Positions 19,789 through 30,224 of a DNA stretch of 64,000 nt are shown here, piece after piece. The stretch is from an uncultured delta proteobacterium (lineage in GTDB: Bacteria; Myxococcota_A; Polyangia; Polyangiales; Polyangiaceae): assembly GCA_963782055.1 (NCBI GenBank), contig CAWAIF010000003.1:2400001-2464000 (forward strand). Reading direction: 5' to 3'. The stretch's first letter is position 1. Every line of letters starts with the position of its first letter. Made by a program: the position numbers and the translations under genes. Below the pieces are notes generated by a model. It ran no database searches and was not told where the DNA came from. It saw only the letters and a list, made by a program, of their open reading frames with translations.

Positions 19789-20651
19789 ATGGCGACGAAG
19801 AAGGAATCCGAAAGGCAGTCGGAGGCGCCCGCGGCCTCCAGCCCGCGGCCCACGAAGGCGTCGCGCTCCGCGCCGGTCCCTTCGGGCGAGACGCGCTGGG
19901 GCAAGGTCCGCGACGCGCTCGCCGCGCTGGGCAACCTGGAGACGGTGCTGCGGGGCGGCGCCGCCCCCTCCCTCGGTGAAGGCGTCATCCCCGAGCTGCG
20001 GCAGGGCATCGAGTGGCTGCGCGAGGCCTTCCGCAGAGCCAACGCGCCCGCGAGCGGCGACGCATCTCGCAGCGAGGCCATGCGCGCCCTCGAGAGCTAC
20101 GCCGCCGTCCGCCTCGACGGCCTCGACGTCGCCCTCGACCGTCTCCTGGAGGCTCCCGCCGACGAGCTCATCGAGACCGTGTCGCACCTGAGCGGTGAGC
20201 TCGACGCCGCCGCCGGTCTGCTCGACCTGGCCGAGCGCTCCCTCTCCCCCTCCCTGTGGACCTCTCCGTCGGCACCCTCGCCGAGCAGTCACTGCAGGTG
20301 GCGTGGACCATCCGCCCCCACGGCGTGACGAACGTGAGCGTCCGGCCGGTCACCGCCGATTGCTCGGTCCAGTGCGATCCCCACATCGCCACCCGCCTGC
20401 TCGCCATCGCGGTGTCCATCGTGCGCGAGCAGGGAGGCGAGGTCGTCGTCGGCACCCGCGTCGGCGAGACCGAGGCGGTGATCGAGGTCATGCCGGCGTC
20501 CACGCCGGACCCGCACGACGCCGTCGTGCAGACCAAGCTCGTGCGCCACATCGAGCCGACGGAGGCCGTCGCCCACGCGGCGGCGCGCGCGGCGGGCATC
20601 GAGCTGCGCGTGGAGCCGCTGCGGGTCGAGCTGCGGCTGCCGCGCGGCTGA
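19789..20651 (+). CDS. Hypothetical protein, degenerate histidine-kinase-like; split by a -1 frameshift near 20250
   Basis: Two consecutive coding-like frames join as ..ERSLSPS/PVDLSV.. if one C is restored; C-terminal half follows HATPase-like topology without N/G boxes. Confidence 0.5.
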
Positions 20652-20699
20652 TCCCCCGGCCCCCTCGCGCGGGGCCGTCGCATTTGGTAGGGAGGCGGG

Positions 20700-21521
20700 A
20701 TGGAGCCGAAGCTTCTCGTCGAGGCCGCGTTCGCCAACCGGGCCCTGTTGCACGCGGCGGACCACACCCGCGCCGTGCTCGCCACCATCGACGCGCTCGA
20801 CCGCGGCGAGCTGCGCGTCGCCTCGCCCCCCGAGTCGGAGGGCGGCGAGTGGGTCACCCACGCGTGGATCAAGCAGGCCATCCTGCTCTACTTCGCCCTG
20901 CGCAAGATGGAGAAGATGGAGGTCGGGCCCTTCGAGTTTTACGACAAGATCCCGCTCAAGAAGGGCCTGGACACCGCGGGCGTGCGCGTCGTGCCGCCCG
21001 GCGTCGTGCGCTACGGCGCCTTCCTCGAGCCCGGCGCGATCGTGATGCCCGGCTACGTGAACATCGGCGCGCGCGTCGGCGCCGGCACCATGGTCGACAC
21101 CTGGGCCACCGTCGGCTCCTGCGCGCAGGTCGGCCGCGACTGCCACCTCGCCGGCGGCGTCGGCATAGGCGGCGTCCTGGAGCCGCCCGGCGCGCGGCCG
21201 GTCATCATCGAGGACGGCGTCTTCGTCGGCTCCCGCGCCGTCGTCGTGGAGGGCACCCTCGTCGGCCGCGAGGCCGTCATCGGCGCGGGCGTCGTGCTCA
21301 CCTCCTCCACCCTCATCATCGACGTCACCGGCCCCGAGCCCAAGGAGCTGCGCGGCGTCATCCCGCCGCGCAGCGTCGTCATCCCCGGCGTGCGCACCCG
21401 GAAGTTCCCCGCGGGAGAGTACGGCGTCCCCTGCGCGCTCATCATCGGCCGGCGCAGCGAGAGTACGGACAGGAAGGTCAGCCTCAACGCGGCGCTGCGC
21501 GACTTCGCGGTGCCCGTATGA
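20700..21521 (+). CDS. dapD: Tetrahydrodipicolinate N-succinyltransferase
   Basis: WIKQAILLYF, DKIPLK, RVVPP, DTWATVGSCAQ, GIGGVLEP. Confidence 0.97.
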   Translation: MEPKLLVEAAFANRALLHAADHTRAVLATIDALDRGELRVASPPESEGGEWVTHAWIKQAILLYFALRKMEKMEVGPFEFYDKIPLKKGLDTAGVRVVPPGVVRYGAFLEPGAIVMPGYVNIGARVGAGTMVDTWATVGSCAQVGRDCHLAGGVGIGGVLEPPGARPVIIEDGVFVGSRAVVVEGTLVGREAVIGAGVVLTSSTLIIDVTGPEPKELRGVIPPRSVVIPGVRTRKFPAGEYGVPCALIIGRRSESTDRKVSLNAALRDFAVPV

Positions 21522-22603
21522 CCGACGCGGCGGTGCGGCGCCTCCTCGACGAAACGCTGCTCTGGCTCTGCTCCATCGCCTCGCCCATCGGCGAGGAGCG
21601 CGCGCTCTGCGACGCCGTGGAGAAGCGCCTCGCCGCGCGCCCCCTGCCCGCGCCCATCCGCCGTCACGGCGACTCCCTCGTCGTCCCGCTCGTCCGTCGC
21701 GGCGGCGGCGCCCCGCACGTCGCCCTCGCCGGCCACCTCGACACCGTCCGCACCGAGAACGGCCCCGCCCGCCTGGAGGCCGGCCGCTGCCACGGCGCGG
21801 GCTCCAGCGACATGAAGAGCGGCCTGGCCGTGATGATCGCCCTCGCCGAGACCCTCGACCTCGCCTCCGTCCCCTGCGACCTCACCCTCGTCTTCTACGC
21901 ACGCGAGGAGGGCCCCTTCGCCGAGAACGAGCTCGGCGTGGTGCTCGAGGAGGACCCCGAGCTCGGCCACGTCGACTTCGCCGTCTGCCTCGAGCCCTCC
22001 GACAACCGCCTGCAGCTCGGGTGCACCGGCTCCATCCACGCCACGATCACCTTCGAAGGAAAGACCGCGCACAGCGCCCGCCCGTGGGAGGGCGACAACG
22101 CCATCACCAAGGCCGCGGCCTTCCTCGCCGAGGTCGGCGCCCGGGCGCCGGTGGAGACGCGCATCGACGAGCTCACCTTCCGCACCGTCACGACAATCAC
22201 CCAGGCGCGCGACGGCGGTCGCGGCCGCAACGTCGTGCCCGACCGCTTCCTCCTCAACCTCAACCACCGCTTCGCACCGGACGTCTCGCTCGAGCAGGCG
22301 CAGCAGCAGGTGCGCGATCTCGTCGCCGGCCGCGCCCGCGTCGACTTCGTCGACCTCTCCCCCGCGGCGATGCCTCACCGCCATCACCCCCTCACCGAGA
22401 AGCTCATCGCCGCCGGCGTCGTCGCGGTCGAGCGCAAGCAGGCGTGGACCGACGTCGCCCGCTTCGCCGCGCTTTGCGTCACCGCCGTCAACTTCGGCCC
22501 GGGGGAGAACGCGCAGGCCCACCAGAAGAACGAGTCCACGGCCCTCTCGCTCGTGCACGAGGGCCACGACATCCTGCGCCGCTGGCTCGCGAGCCTCCCG
22601 TGA
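21518..22603 (+). CDS. dapE: Succinyl-diaminopimelate desuccinylase (M20 family)
   Basis: GHLDTV, DMKSG, REE, HSARPW, WTDVARF, GPG...AH; ATGA-coupled to dapD. Confidence 0.93.
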   Translation: MTDAAVRRLLDETLLWLCSIASPIGEERALCDAVEKRLAARPLPAPIRRHGDSLVVPLVRRGGGAPHVALAGHLDTVRTENGPARLEAGRCHGAGSSDMKSGLAVMIALAETLDLASVPCDLTLVFYAREEGPFAENELGVVLEEDPELGHVDFAVCLEPSDNRLQLGCTGSIHATITFEGKTAHSARPWEGDNAITKAAAFLAEVGARAPVETRIDELTFRTVTTITQARDGGRGRNVVPDRFLLNLNHRFAPDVSLEQAQQQVRDLVAGRARVDFVDLSPAAMPHRHHPLTEKLIAAGVVAVERKQAWTDVARFAALCVTAVNFGPGENAQAHQKNESTALSLVHEGHDILRRWLASLP

Positions 22604-22640
22604 GCAACGACGCCCCCGCGCGGGTCGAGAGGACAGGGTC

Positions 22641-23981
22641 ATGGCGAAGCTAGAGACGCGCTACGTGTGCCAGGCGTGCGGCGCCCTGTTCCCCAAGTGG
22701 ATCGGACGCTGCACCTCCTGCGGCGGGTGGAACACCATCCTGGAGGAGTCGGCGCCGAAGAAGGGCGCCGGCACCATGAGGAGCGCGCCCGCCGCGCGCC
22801 CCGTCGGGGCCATCGAGGCCGACTCCTCCGCCCGCGTCCCCACGGGCATCGCCGAGCTGGATCGCGTCCTCGGCGGCGGCGCGGTGCTGGGCGGCGTCAC
22901 CCTCATCGGCGGTGATCCCGGCGTCGGCAAGTCCACCCTCCTGATGCAGGCGCTCGCCGGCCTCGCGTCGCGCGGGCTGCGCTGCCTGTACGTCTCCGGC
23001 GAGGAGAGCGCCGGCCAGACCGCCTCGCGCGCGCGGCGGCTGGGCGCGTCGGGCGACGCCCTCCTCGTGCTCGCCGAGAACGATCTGGAGGCCATCGAGC
23101 TCGCGCTGGAGGCGGAGCGCCCGCAGGCGCTGGTGCTCGACAGCGTGCAGACCGTACGCTCCGGGGCCGTCGAGAGCGCCGCGGGCACCGTCAGCCAGCT
23201 TCGCGAGGTCGCCGCCCGCCTCATCGATCGCGCCAAGCGCGCCGACATCGCGGCGTTCCTGGTCGGCCACGTGACGAAGGACGGCGTGCTCGCGGGGCCG
23301 AAGGTGCTCGAGCACCTCGTCGACACCGTGCTCGCCTTCGAGGGCGATCGCGGCCACCCGCTGCGCACCCTGCGCGCGCAGAAGAACCGCTTCGGCAGCT
23401 CGACGGAGGTCGGCGTCTTCGAGATGACCGCCGAGGGCATGCGCGAGGTCCCGAGCCCGAGCGCGCTCTTCCTCGCCGAGCGGCCGAAGGGCGTGTCCGG
23501 CAGCGTCATCGCCGCCACCAGCGAGGGTGACAGGCCGCTCCTCGTGGAGGTGCAGGCGCTCGTCGGCCAGCAGTCGCTCGGCACGCCGCGCCGCACGGTG
23601 AGCGGCATCGACAGCGCCCGCCTGGCGATGATCCTCGCGGTGCTCGATCGCAAGGTGGGCCTCGCCGTCGGCTCGGCGGACGTCTTCGTCAACGTCGTCG
23701 GCGGCGTGCGCGTGGACGAGCCGGCGATGGACCTGCCCGTCGCGCTCGCGGTCGCCTCCAGCTTCCGCGACCGGCCGCTCTCGCACGAGCTCGTGGCCTT
23801 CGGCGAGATCGGCCTGGCGGGGGAGGTGCGGGGGGTCGACCGCGTCCCCGGCCGGCTCGCCGAGGCCGCGGCCATGGGGTTTCGCGTCGCCCTGGCGCCG
23901 GCGAGCGCGGCCAGCGCCTCCGCGGACATCGAGGTCGTGCGGGTGCGGACGCTGGCCGAGGCACTCGATCGCACTTTGTGA
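22641..23981 (+). CDS. radA: DNA repair protein RadA/Sms
   Basis: C4 zinc finger, GDPGVGKST, KNRFG motif, Lon-like C-terminus. Confidence 0.98.
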   Translation: MAKLETRYVCQACGALFPKWIGRCTSCGGWNTILEESAPKKGAGTMRSAPAARPVGAIEADSSARVPTGIAELDRVLGGGAVLGGVTLIGGDPGVGKSTLLMQALAGLASRGLRCLYVSGEESAGQTASRARRLGASGDALLVLAENDLEAIELALEAERPQALVLDSVQTVRSGAVESAAGTVSQLREVAARLIDRAKRADIAAFLVGHVTKDGVLAGPKVLEHLVDTVLAFEGDRGHPLRTLRAQKNRFGSSTEVGVFEMTAEGMREVPSPSALFLAERPKGVSGSVIAATSEGDRPLLVEVQALVGQQSLGTPRRTVSGIDSARLAMILAVLDRKVGLAVGSADVFVNVVGGVRVDEPAMDLPVALAVASSFRDRPLSHELVAFGEIGLAGEVRGVDRVPGRLAEAAAMGFRVALAPASAASASADIEVVRVRTLAEALDRTL

Positions 23982-24034
23982 AGGCAGCAGCCTGCCCGCC
24001 TGGAATCGAGCCATCCGTGGTACAAACGGGCGCC

Positions 24035-24589
24035 ATGAAGATTTCTCGCCGCCTCGTCATCACAAGCCTCGTCGCCTCTGTCGGCGTCCTGTCCCTCGTC
24101 GCCTGTGGGGACACGGCCGCCAGCTCCGGCGGTGCAGAAAGCGCCGCCGGCAAGAACCACGAGCTCATCGGACAGCCCGCGCCCGACTTCTCCGTCGACT
24201 CGGTGAACGGTCAGGGCAAGGTGAGCCTGTCCGCGCTGAAGGGAAAGGTCGTCATTGTCGACTTCTGGGCGACATGGTGCGACCCCTGCAAGAAGTCCTT
24301 CCCCAAGCTGCAGGACCTGTACACGAAGTACCACGACAGCGGCCTGGAGATCATCGGCTTCTCCGAGGACGACGACAACTCGCCGGACATCGCCGCCTTC
24401 GGCACCTCGCACGGTTCGAAATTTCCGCTCGCGTGGGACGACGGCAAGTCGATCGCCGGGCAGTGGAAGCCGCCGAGCATGCCCTCGAGCTTCATCGTCG
24501 ACCGGAATGGCATCGTCCGCTTCGCGCACCTGGGCTATCATGATGGGGACGAGGCGGTGGTCGAGAAGGAGTTGAAGACCCTGCTCTGA
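24035..24589 (+). CDS. TlpA/ResA-family thiol-disulfide oxidoreductase lipoprotein
   Basis: Lipobox LVAC; DFWATWCDPC; MPSSFIVDRNG. Confidence 0.92.
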   Translation: MKISRRLVITSLVASVGVLSLVACGDTAASSGGAESAAGKNHELIGQPAPDFSVDSVNGQGKVSLSALKGKVVIVDFWATWCDPCKKSFPKLQDLYTKYHDSGLEIIGFSEDDDNSPDIAAFGTSHGSKFPLAWDDGKSIAGQWKPPSMPSSFIVDRNGIVRFAHLGYHDGDEAVVEKELKTLL

Positions 24590-24642
24590 CCTCCGTCTGA
24601 CGTCATGGCGGTGCCGGCGGACCGTCCGGCGGAGGAGCGCGT

Positions 24643-25485
24643 ATGGCGGAGCGGACCTACAGCAGCAGGGCACGTCAGGCGCGCAAGGCGTCGTTCGTGG
24701 TCTTGCTGCTGATGGCCGGCCTCTTCGCGACGGGCGCCTCGGCGCAGGACAGGGTCTCGGCCGCCGCGCACGACGTCGTCACGGCGCAGGACTTCCGGCT
24801 GCGCGTGAGCGCCGCCCTGCGGCTCGGGCGCACCCACGATCCGCGCGCGCTCGCCGCGCTCGATCGCGCGCTGGACGATCCGCACCCCGCCGTCCGCACG
24901 GCGGCGGCGGCGGCCCTCGGCGCGCTGGGGGACGCAGCGGCCATCCCCTCGCTCAAGCGCCACGAGGCGAAGGAGCCGGTGGCGAGCGTCAAGGCGCAGA
25001 TCCGGACGACCATCGAGTCCCTGCACAAGTCGAGCACGCTGCAGGGCGTGCAGCTCGTGGTGCAGGTGGGCGCGATGCGCAACCTCACGCGCGTGCGCGG
25101 CGGCGAGCTCGCGGAGGTGCTGCGCAACGCCACCGCCTCCCGCGCGCGGGCGATGAGCAACGTGGCCGTCGCCATGCCGGGCGACCAGGCGGTGCTCGCG
25201 CGCGCCGCGCAGAAGCACCTCCCCGTCGTCCAGCTGGACGGCGCGGTGACGCACCTCACGCAGAGCCGCTCGCGCAACGTGCTGAGCTTCTCTGCGCAGG
25301 TGGAGTTCAGCGTGCGCAAGATCCCCGAGCAGACGATCAAGGGAACGATGAGCGGCGCGGCCACGACGATGGGCCAGGGCGCCACCTCGCGCGCGGCCGT
25401 CGTGCACCTGGAGAACCAGGCGGTGGACAGCGCGGTGGAGAGCGCGCTGCGCGGGGCCGACCAGGTCGTCCTCGCCGCCCGCTGA
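24643..25485 (+). CDS. Secreted HEAT-repeat protein
   Basis: Signal peptide ASA|Q; RVSAALRLG and DPHPAVRTAAAAALG HEAT repeats. Confidence 0.8.
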   Translation: MAERTYSSRARQARKASFVVLLLMAGLFATGASAQDRVSAAAHDVVTAQDFRLRVSAALRLGRTHDPRALAALDRALDDPHPAVRTAAAAALGALGDAAAIPSLKRHEAKEPVASVKAQIRTTIESLHKSSTLQGVQLVVQVGAMRNLTRVRGGELAEVLRNATASRARAMSNVAVAMPGDQAVLARAAQKHLPVVQLDGAVTHLTQSRSRNVLSFSAQVEFSVRKIPEQTIKGTMSGAATTMGQGATSRAAVVHLENQAVDSAVESALRGADQVVLAAR

Positions 25486-25558
25486 ACGGCGCCACTCGTC
25501 GCGGGCCGGCACGCGCCGCCCCGCCCGCCGCGCGCGCCTGGTAGGCTCGCCCTCGCCG

Positions 25559-26653
25559 ATGCGCGTGCTCTTCGTCTCCAAGCCCGTCATGCCCCCGTGG
25601 AGCGACGGGTCGAAGAACCTGGTGAGGGATCTGGTCACGCACCTGCGGGGCGTGGAGCCGACGGTGATGGCGTCGCCCGGAGCGCCGCCGCTCGGGCCGA
25701 ACGTGCGGCAGGAGGCGGTGTACGGGGAGGCGCTGCGGTTCGCGCCCAGCCGCAACACGCTGGTCCTGGGGCGGCTGCTCTTCGGCGACCCGATGGACGT
25801 GTGGCACTTCGTCTTCGCGCCCAACGCGCTGTCCTCGATGGCGGCGCGCGGGGCGATCGCGGCGCAGCGCGCGCGGGGGTGGACGGGCCACGTGGTGCAG
25901 ACGGTGGCCAGCCGGCCGAAGCACTGGGACGGGGTGCGGGCGCTGCTCTTCGGCGACCGCATAGTCGCCCTCTCCGAGTGGACGCGCTCGCGGCTGCTGG
26001 CGGGAGGCACGCCCGCGAGCAGGCTTCAGGTCATCCCGCCGTGCGCTCCGCGGGTGGAGGCGCCGGCGGCGGAGGTGGCGGAGGTGCGCGCGGCGCTGCG
26101 CCTGGGTGATGGCCCGGTGGTGACCTATCCGGGGGATCTGGAGGTCTCGACGGGTGCGCCGACGGTCGCCGCCGCGGTGCCGGAGATCCTGCGACGCGTC
26201 CCGGGGGCGCGGGTGGTGTTCGCGTGCCGGCCGAAGACGCCGCGCGCCGCGGAGGTGGAGGCGTCGCTGCGCGCGGAGCTCGCGCCGGTCGCCGAGTACG
26301 TGCGCTTCGCCGGCACGGTCCGGTCGATGGCCGCGCTGCTCGGGGCGACGGATCTGGTCGCCTTTCCGGTGGACGATCTCTACGGCAAGGTGGACGCGCC
26401 CCTGGTGGTGCTGGAGGCCATGGCGCTGGGCAAGCCGGTGGTGGTGGCGCGCGGCGGCCCGCTGGAGGAGCTGGGGCTGCCCCACGTGCCCCCGGGCGAC
26501 GCCGAGGCGCTCGCCGACATGGTGGTGCGCGCGCTGCAGGACGGCGCGGCCCGCGAGCAGCTGGGCCAGGAGGCGCACGCGCGATGGCAGGCGCGGCACA
26601 CGCCGGAGGTCATGGCGGCGCAGTACCTGCAGCTGTACGCGTCGCTGGAGTAG
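25559..26653 (+). CDS. Glycosyltransferase family 4
   Basis: MRVLFV start; PLVVLEAMALGKPVV..GGPLE; VPPGDAEALA. Confidence 0.9.
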   Translation: MRVLFVSKPVMPPWSDGSKNLVRDLVTHLRGVEPTVMASPGAPPLGPNVRQEAVYGEALRFAPSRNTLVLGRLLFGDPMDVWHFVFAPNALSSMAARGAIAAQRARGWTGHVVQTVASRPKHWDGVRALLFGDRIVALSEWTRSRLLAGGTPASRLQVIPPCAPRVEAPAAEVAEVRAALRLGDGPVVTYPGDLEVSTGAPTVAAAVPEILRRVPGARVVFACRPKTPRAAEVEASLRAELAPVAEYVRFAGTVRSMAALLGATDLVAFPVDDLYGKVDAPLVVLEAMALGKPVVVARGGPLEELGLPHVPPGDAEALADMVVRALQDGAAREQLGQEAHARWQARHTPEVMAAQYLQLYASLE

Positions 26654-26742
26654 CGGAGGCGTCAGGGCGGGGGCGGGGGCGCGTCTGCGAGGGTGTGGTG
26701 GCCTCGGCTTCGGCGGGGCCGTTGTGCTAAATGCCCCGTCTC

Positions 26743-29460
26743 ATGTCCCTCACCGGTGTTCCCCAGGAGCGGTTCAAGACCAGCGCCGAGGTGCGTCGCA
26801 CGTTCCTCGACTACTTCCGTGGCAAGGGGCACGAGGTCTGCGCGAGCGCGTCGCTCATCCCGGCGAACGACCCGACGCTGATGTTCGTCAACGCCGGCAT
26901 GGTGCCATTCAAGGACCTCTTCACCGGCAAGGAGACGCGCTCCTACAAGCGGGCGACGAGCAGCCAGAAGTGCATCCGCATCTCGGGCAAGCACAACGAT
27001 CTGGAGAACGTGGGCGTCACCGCGCGCCACCACACCTTCTTCGAGATGCTCGGCAACTTCAGCTTCGGCGACTACTTCAAGGAGCAGGCGATCGGCTTCT
27101 GCTGGGAGCTCTTGACGGAGGGCTTCGGCCTGCCGCCGGAGCGCATGGTCTTCACCGTCTTCGGCGGGGAGGACGGCGTGGCCGCGGACGACGAGGCGCG
27201 CGCGCTCTGGAAGAAGGTGGCGGGCGTCGGGGACGACCGCGTCTTCGGCATGGGGAAGGCGGACAACTTCTGGCAGATGGGCGAGACCGGTCCCTGCGGC
27301 CCCTGCACCGAGGTGCACTACTACCTGGGGGAGCTCGCGGAGGGCGAGTCACCGGACTACACCACCTTCGGCCAGGAGCCGGACCCGAGCGGGCGCGGGT
27401 GGTTCGAGATCTGGAACCTGGTGTTCATGCAGTTCGAGCGGACGCTGGAGGGCGGGGTGGAGCGGCTCGCTCCGCTTCCCGCGCCGTGCGTCGACACGGG
27501 CATGGGCCTGGAGCGCATCACCAGCGTGGTGCAGGGCAAGACGACGAACTACGACACCGATCTCCTGCGCGCGATCGTGGAGAAGGCGTCGCAGGTCGCG
27601 GGCAAGCCCTACGGCGGCTCGCAGGCGGACGACGACGTGTCGATGCGCGTCATCGCCGACCACGCGCGCACCACCGCGTTCCTGATCGCGGAGGGGGTGT
27701 TCCCCGACCGCGACGGCCGCTCGTACGTGCTGCGGCGGGTGATGCGCCGGGCGATCCGCCACGGGCATCGCCTCGGCATCGCGCGGCCCTTCCTCCACGA
27801 GGTGGCGCTGGAGGTGGTCGCGCGGATGGGCGACGTCTACCCGGAGCTGGTGGCGCGGCGCGATCTGATCGCGTCGGTCGCGGAGCAGGAGGAGGTGCGC
27901 TTCCGCGAGACGATCGACCGTGGCCTGAAGATCCTGGACGACGAGGTCGCCTCGATGCGCTCGCGCGGCGAGAGCGTCATCTCCGGCGAGCTGGCGTTCA
28001 AGCTCTACGACACCTACGGCTTCCCGCTGGACCTCACCGAGGTGATCGCGCGCGAGCGTGATCTCACGATCGACCAGGCGGGCTACGACCGCGCGCTGGA
28101 GGAGCAGCGCGCGCGCAGCGCGGGCTCCAAGGTGGGCGAGGAGGCGGTGGAGGCGATCTGGCGCGCGGCGCTGGAGCGCTCCGGGCCGGTGCGCTTCGTC
28201 GGCTACGAGCGGGAGGAGGCGGAGGGGCACGTGGTGGCGCTGGTGCGCGACGGCGCGCTGGTGGAGCGCGCGGCGCAGGGCGACGTCGTCGCGGTGGTGA
28301 CGGACGTGACGCCGTTCTACGGCGAGTCGGGCGGGCAGGTGGGCGACAAGGGGCTCATCACGTCCAGCGGGGGCGACAACAAGTTCCACGTGCACGACAC
28401 GCACAAGCCGGTGGTGGGCCTGGTCGTCCATCACGGCGAGGTCACTCACGGGGCGATCGCGGTGGGCGACGCGGTGAAGCTGGAGGTGGATCACGATCTG
28501 CGCACCGCGACGCGCCGCAACCACTCCGCCACGCACCTGCTGCACTGGGCGCTCCGGACCGTGGTGGGCGAGCAGGCGACGCAGAAGGGCTCGCTCGTCG
28601 CGCCCGACCGGCTGCGCTTCGACTTCGCCCACGCCAAGCCGCTCACCGTGCACGAGATCGAGCTCATCGAGGACCTGGTCAACCAGAAGGTGCTGCTGGA
28701 CGCGCCGGTGCAGACGGAGGTCATGCCCATCGACGTGGCCCGCCAGAAGGGCGCGATGGCGATCTTCGAGGAGAAGTACGGCGACGTGGTGCGCGTGCTC
28801 ACCATGACGAAGGACTCGGTGGAGCTCTGCGGGGGCACCCACGCGCGCGCGCTCGGGGAGATCGGGCTGTTCAAGATCGTGGGGGACTCCGGCGTCGCCG
28901 CGGGCGTGCGTCGCATCGAGGCGGTGACCGGCCTCAACGCCCTGGCGTACGTCCGCCAGGTGGAGACCACGCTGAAGACGGCGGCGCAGACCGCGAAGAG
29001 CACGCCTGCCGAGCTACCCGAGCGCATCGAGAAGATGCTCGACCACGACAAGTCGCTCGAGCGCGAGATCGCCGAGATGAAGCGCAAGCTGGCGATGGGT
29101 GGGGGCGGCGGCCTGGACGAGCAGCTCAAGGGCGCCCGCGACATCCCGGGCGGGCGGGCCCTGGCCGTGCGCGCGGAGGTGACGGACGCGGCCACCCTGC
29201 GCGAGCTCGCCGAGAAGCTGCGCGACAAGCTCGGCGACGCGATCGTCCTCGTCGGGGCCGCCGGCGCGGACAAGGCGCACCTCGTGCTCACGGTGTCCAG
29301 GTCGCTGACCGACCGGTACAAGGCGGGCGATCTCATCAAGGGCATCGCGCAGGTGGTCGGCGGCTCGGGCGGCGGCCGCCCCGACATGGCGCAGGCCGGC
29401 GGCCCGGAGGCGGACAAGCTGGACGAGGCGCTGGCCGCCCTCTACGCCCGACTCGGCTGA
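26743..29460 (+). CDS. alaS: Alanine--tRNA ligase
   Basis: DPTLMFVNAGM, HHTFFEMLGNFSFGDYFK, NHSATHLLH, ELCGGTH, GGGRPDMAQAGG; ATG 26731 is an alternative start. Confidence 0.98.
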   Translation: MSLTGVPQERFKTSAEVRRTFLDYFRGKGHEVCASASLIPANDPTLMFVNAGMVPFKDLFTGKETRSYKRATSSQKCIRISGKHNDLENVGVTARHHTFFEMLGNFSFGDYFKEQAIGFCWELLTEGFGLPPERMVFTVFGGEDGVAADDEARALWKKVAGVGDDRVFGMGKADNFWQMGETGPCGPCTEVHYYLGELAEGESPDYTTFGQEPDPSGRGWFEIWNLVFMQFERTLEGGVERLAPLPAPCVDTGMGLERITSVVQGKTTNYDTDLLRAIVEKASQVAGKPYGGSQADDDVSMRVIADHARTTAFLIAEGVFPDRDGRSYVLRRVMRRAIRHGHRLGIARPFLHEVALEVVARMGDVYPELVARRDLIASVAEQEEVRFRETIDRGLKILDDEVASMRSRGESVISGELAFKLYDTYGFPLDLTEVIARERDLTIDQAGYDRALEEQRARSAGSKVGEEAVEAIWRAALERSGPVRFVGYEREEAEGHVVALVRDGALVERAAQGDVVAVVTDVTPFYGESGGQVGDKGLITSSGGDNKFHVHDTHKPVVGLVVHHGEVTHGAIAVGDAVKLEVDHDLRTATRRNHSATHLLHWALRTVVGEQATQKGSLVAPDRLRFDFAHAKPLTVHEIELIEDLVNQKVLLDAPVQTEVMPIDVARQKGAMAIFEEKYGDVVRVLTMTKDSVELCGGTHARALGEIGLFKIVGDSGVAAGVRRIEAVTGLNALAYVRQVETTLKTAAQTAKSTPAELPERIEKMLDHDKSLEREIAEMKRKLAMGGGGGLDEQLKGARDIPGGRALAVRAEVTDAATLRELAEKLRDKLGDAIVLVGAAGADKAHLVLTVSRSLTDRYKAGDLIKGIAQVVGGSGGGRPDMAQAGGPEADKLDEALAALYARLG

Positions 29461-29468
29461 CCGCCCCC

Positions 29469-29585
29469 CTGTCCCCCCTGTCCCCCCTCCCTGTCCCCGG
29501 ACACCAAACGTCGGACCGCGAGCACGCTTGCACTTCGACGTTTCGCCGGGATTCTGGGAGAGGGGTGGGTGGCATGGGGGGTGCT
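29469..29585 (+). promoter_or_regulatory. Conserved upstream element 2: TGTCC array, palindromes and sigma-54 box
   Basis: TGTCC at 29470/29479/29492 then CC-GGACA; AAACGTCG..GCGAGCACGCTTGC..CGACGTTT; TGGCATGGGGGGTGCT at 29570-29585. Confidence 0.75.
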
Positions 29586-29597
29586 TTGGGTGGGGGG

Positions 29598-30194
29598 ATG
29601 GACCCTGTATTTTTCACGATCAAGCGGGCGTACTACGCCACGCTCAGGCTGACGCGGCGGGCGCTCCGGGCGATGGGGCTCACGGCGGCGCGGTTCGACC
29701 TGCTGGACGCGCTCTACCGGCTCGGGACGCGGTGTGTTCACTTGCAGAGCAACCTCCGGCGCGGGCTCGGCGTGGCGCGGTCCACCATCAGCCGCATGAT
29801 GATTTCGCTCGAGCGGCTGGGGCTCGTCACCCGGCGTCGCGACGGGCGCGACTGCATCGTCGCGCTCACGCCCGAGGGGCGCCGCCGCGTGCGCCGCGCT
29901 TATTTTGGGCTGGTGCTGGTCGGGCACGTGGGGCTGGCGCTGGACGGCGCGCTCGCCCCGGGGGAGCGCCGCTGGCCCGACGCCCGCGCGTGCGCCCGCG
30001 CCCGCCGGCACCTCGAAGCGCTCTGCATGCGCGTTCGCGTCGGGTTCGGCGACGAGGCTACGCTCGACAGGCTCACCGAGTATGGCTTCTGGGTGCCGCG
30101 AGAGGACGACCGCGTGCGCCGCGCGCGGGCCGGACGCGAGCGCCGCGAGGGGCAACTCCGTCGCGCGCACGGGCTCGTCGCGACCTCGCCCTGA
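29598..30194 (+). CDS. MarR-like winged-helix protein, copy 2 (198 aa)
   Basis: Near-identical to 18242-18838 over about 170 aa, divergent C-terminal tail, same length. Confidence 0.85.
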   Translation: MDPVFFTIKRAYYATLRLTRRALRAMGLTAARFDLLDALYRLGTRCVHLQSNLRRGLGVARSTISRMMISLERLGLVTRRRDGRDCIVALTPEGRRRVRRAYFGLVLVGHVGLALDGALAPGERRWPDARACARARRHLEALCMRVRVGFGDEATLDRLTEYGFWVPREDDRVRRARAGRERREGQLRRAHGLVATSP

Positions 30195-30224
30195 TGGGGC
30201 GCGCCGTGCCGCTTCCGCGTGGGC

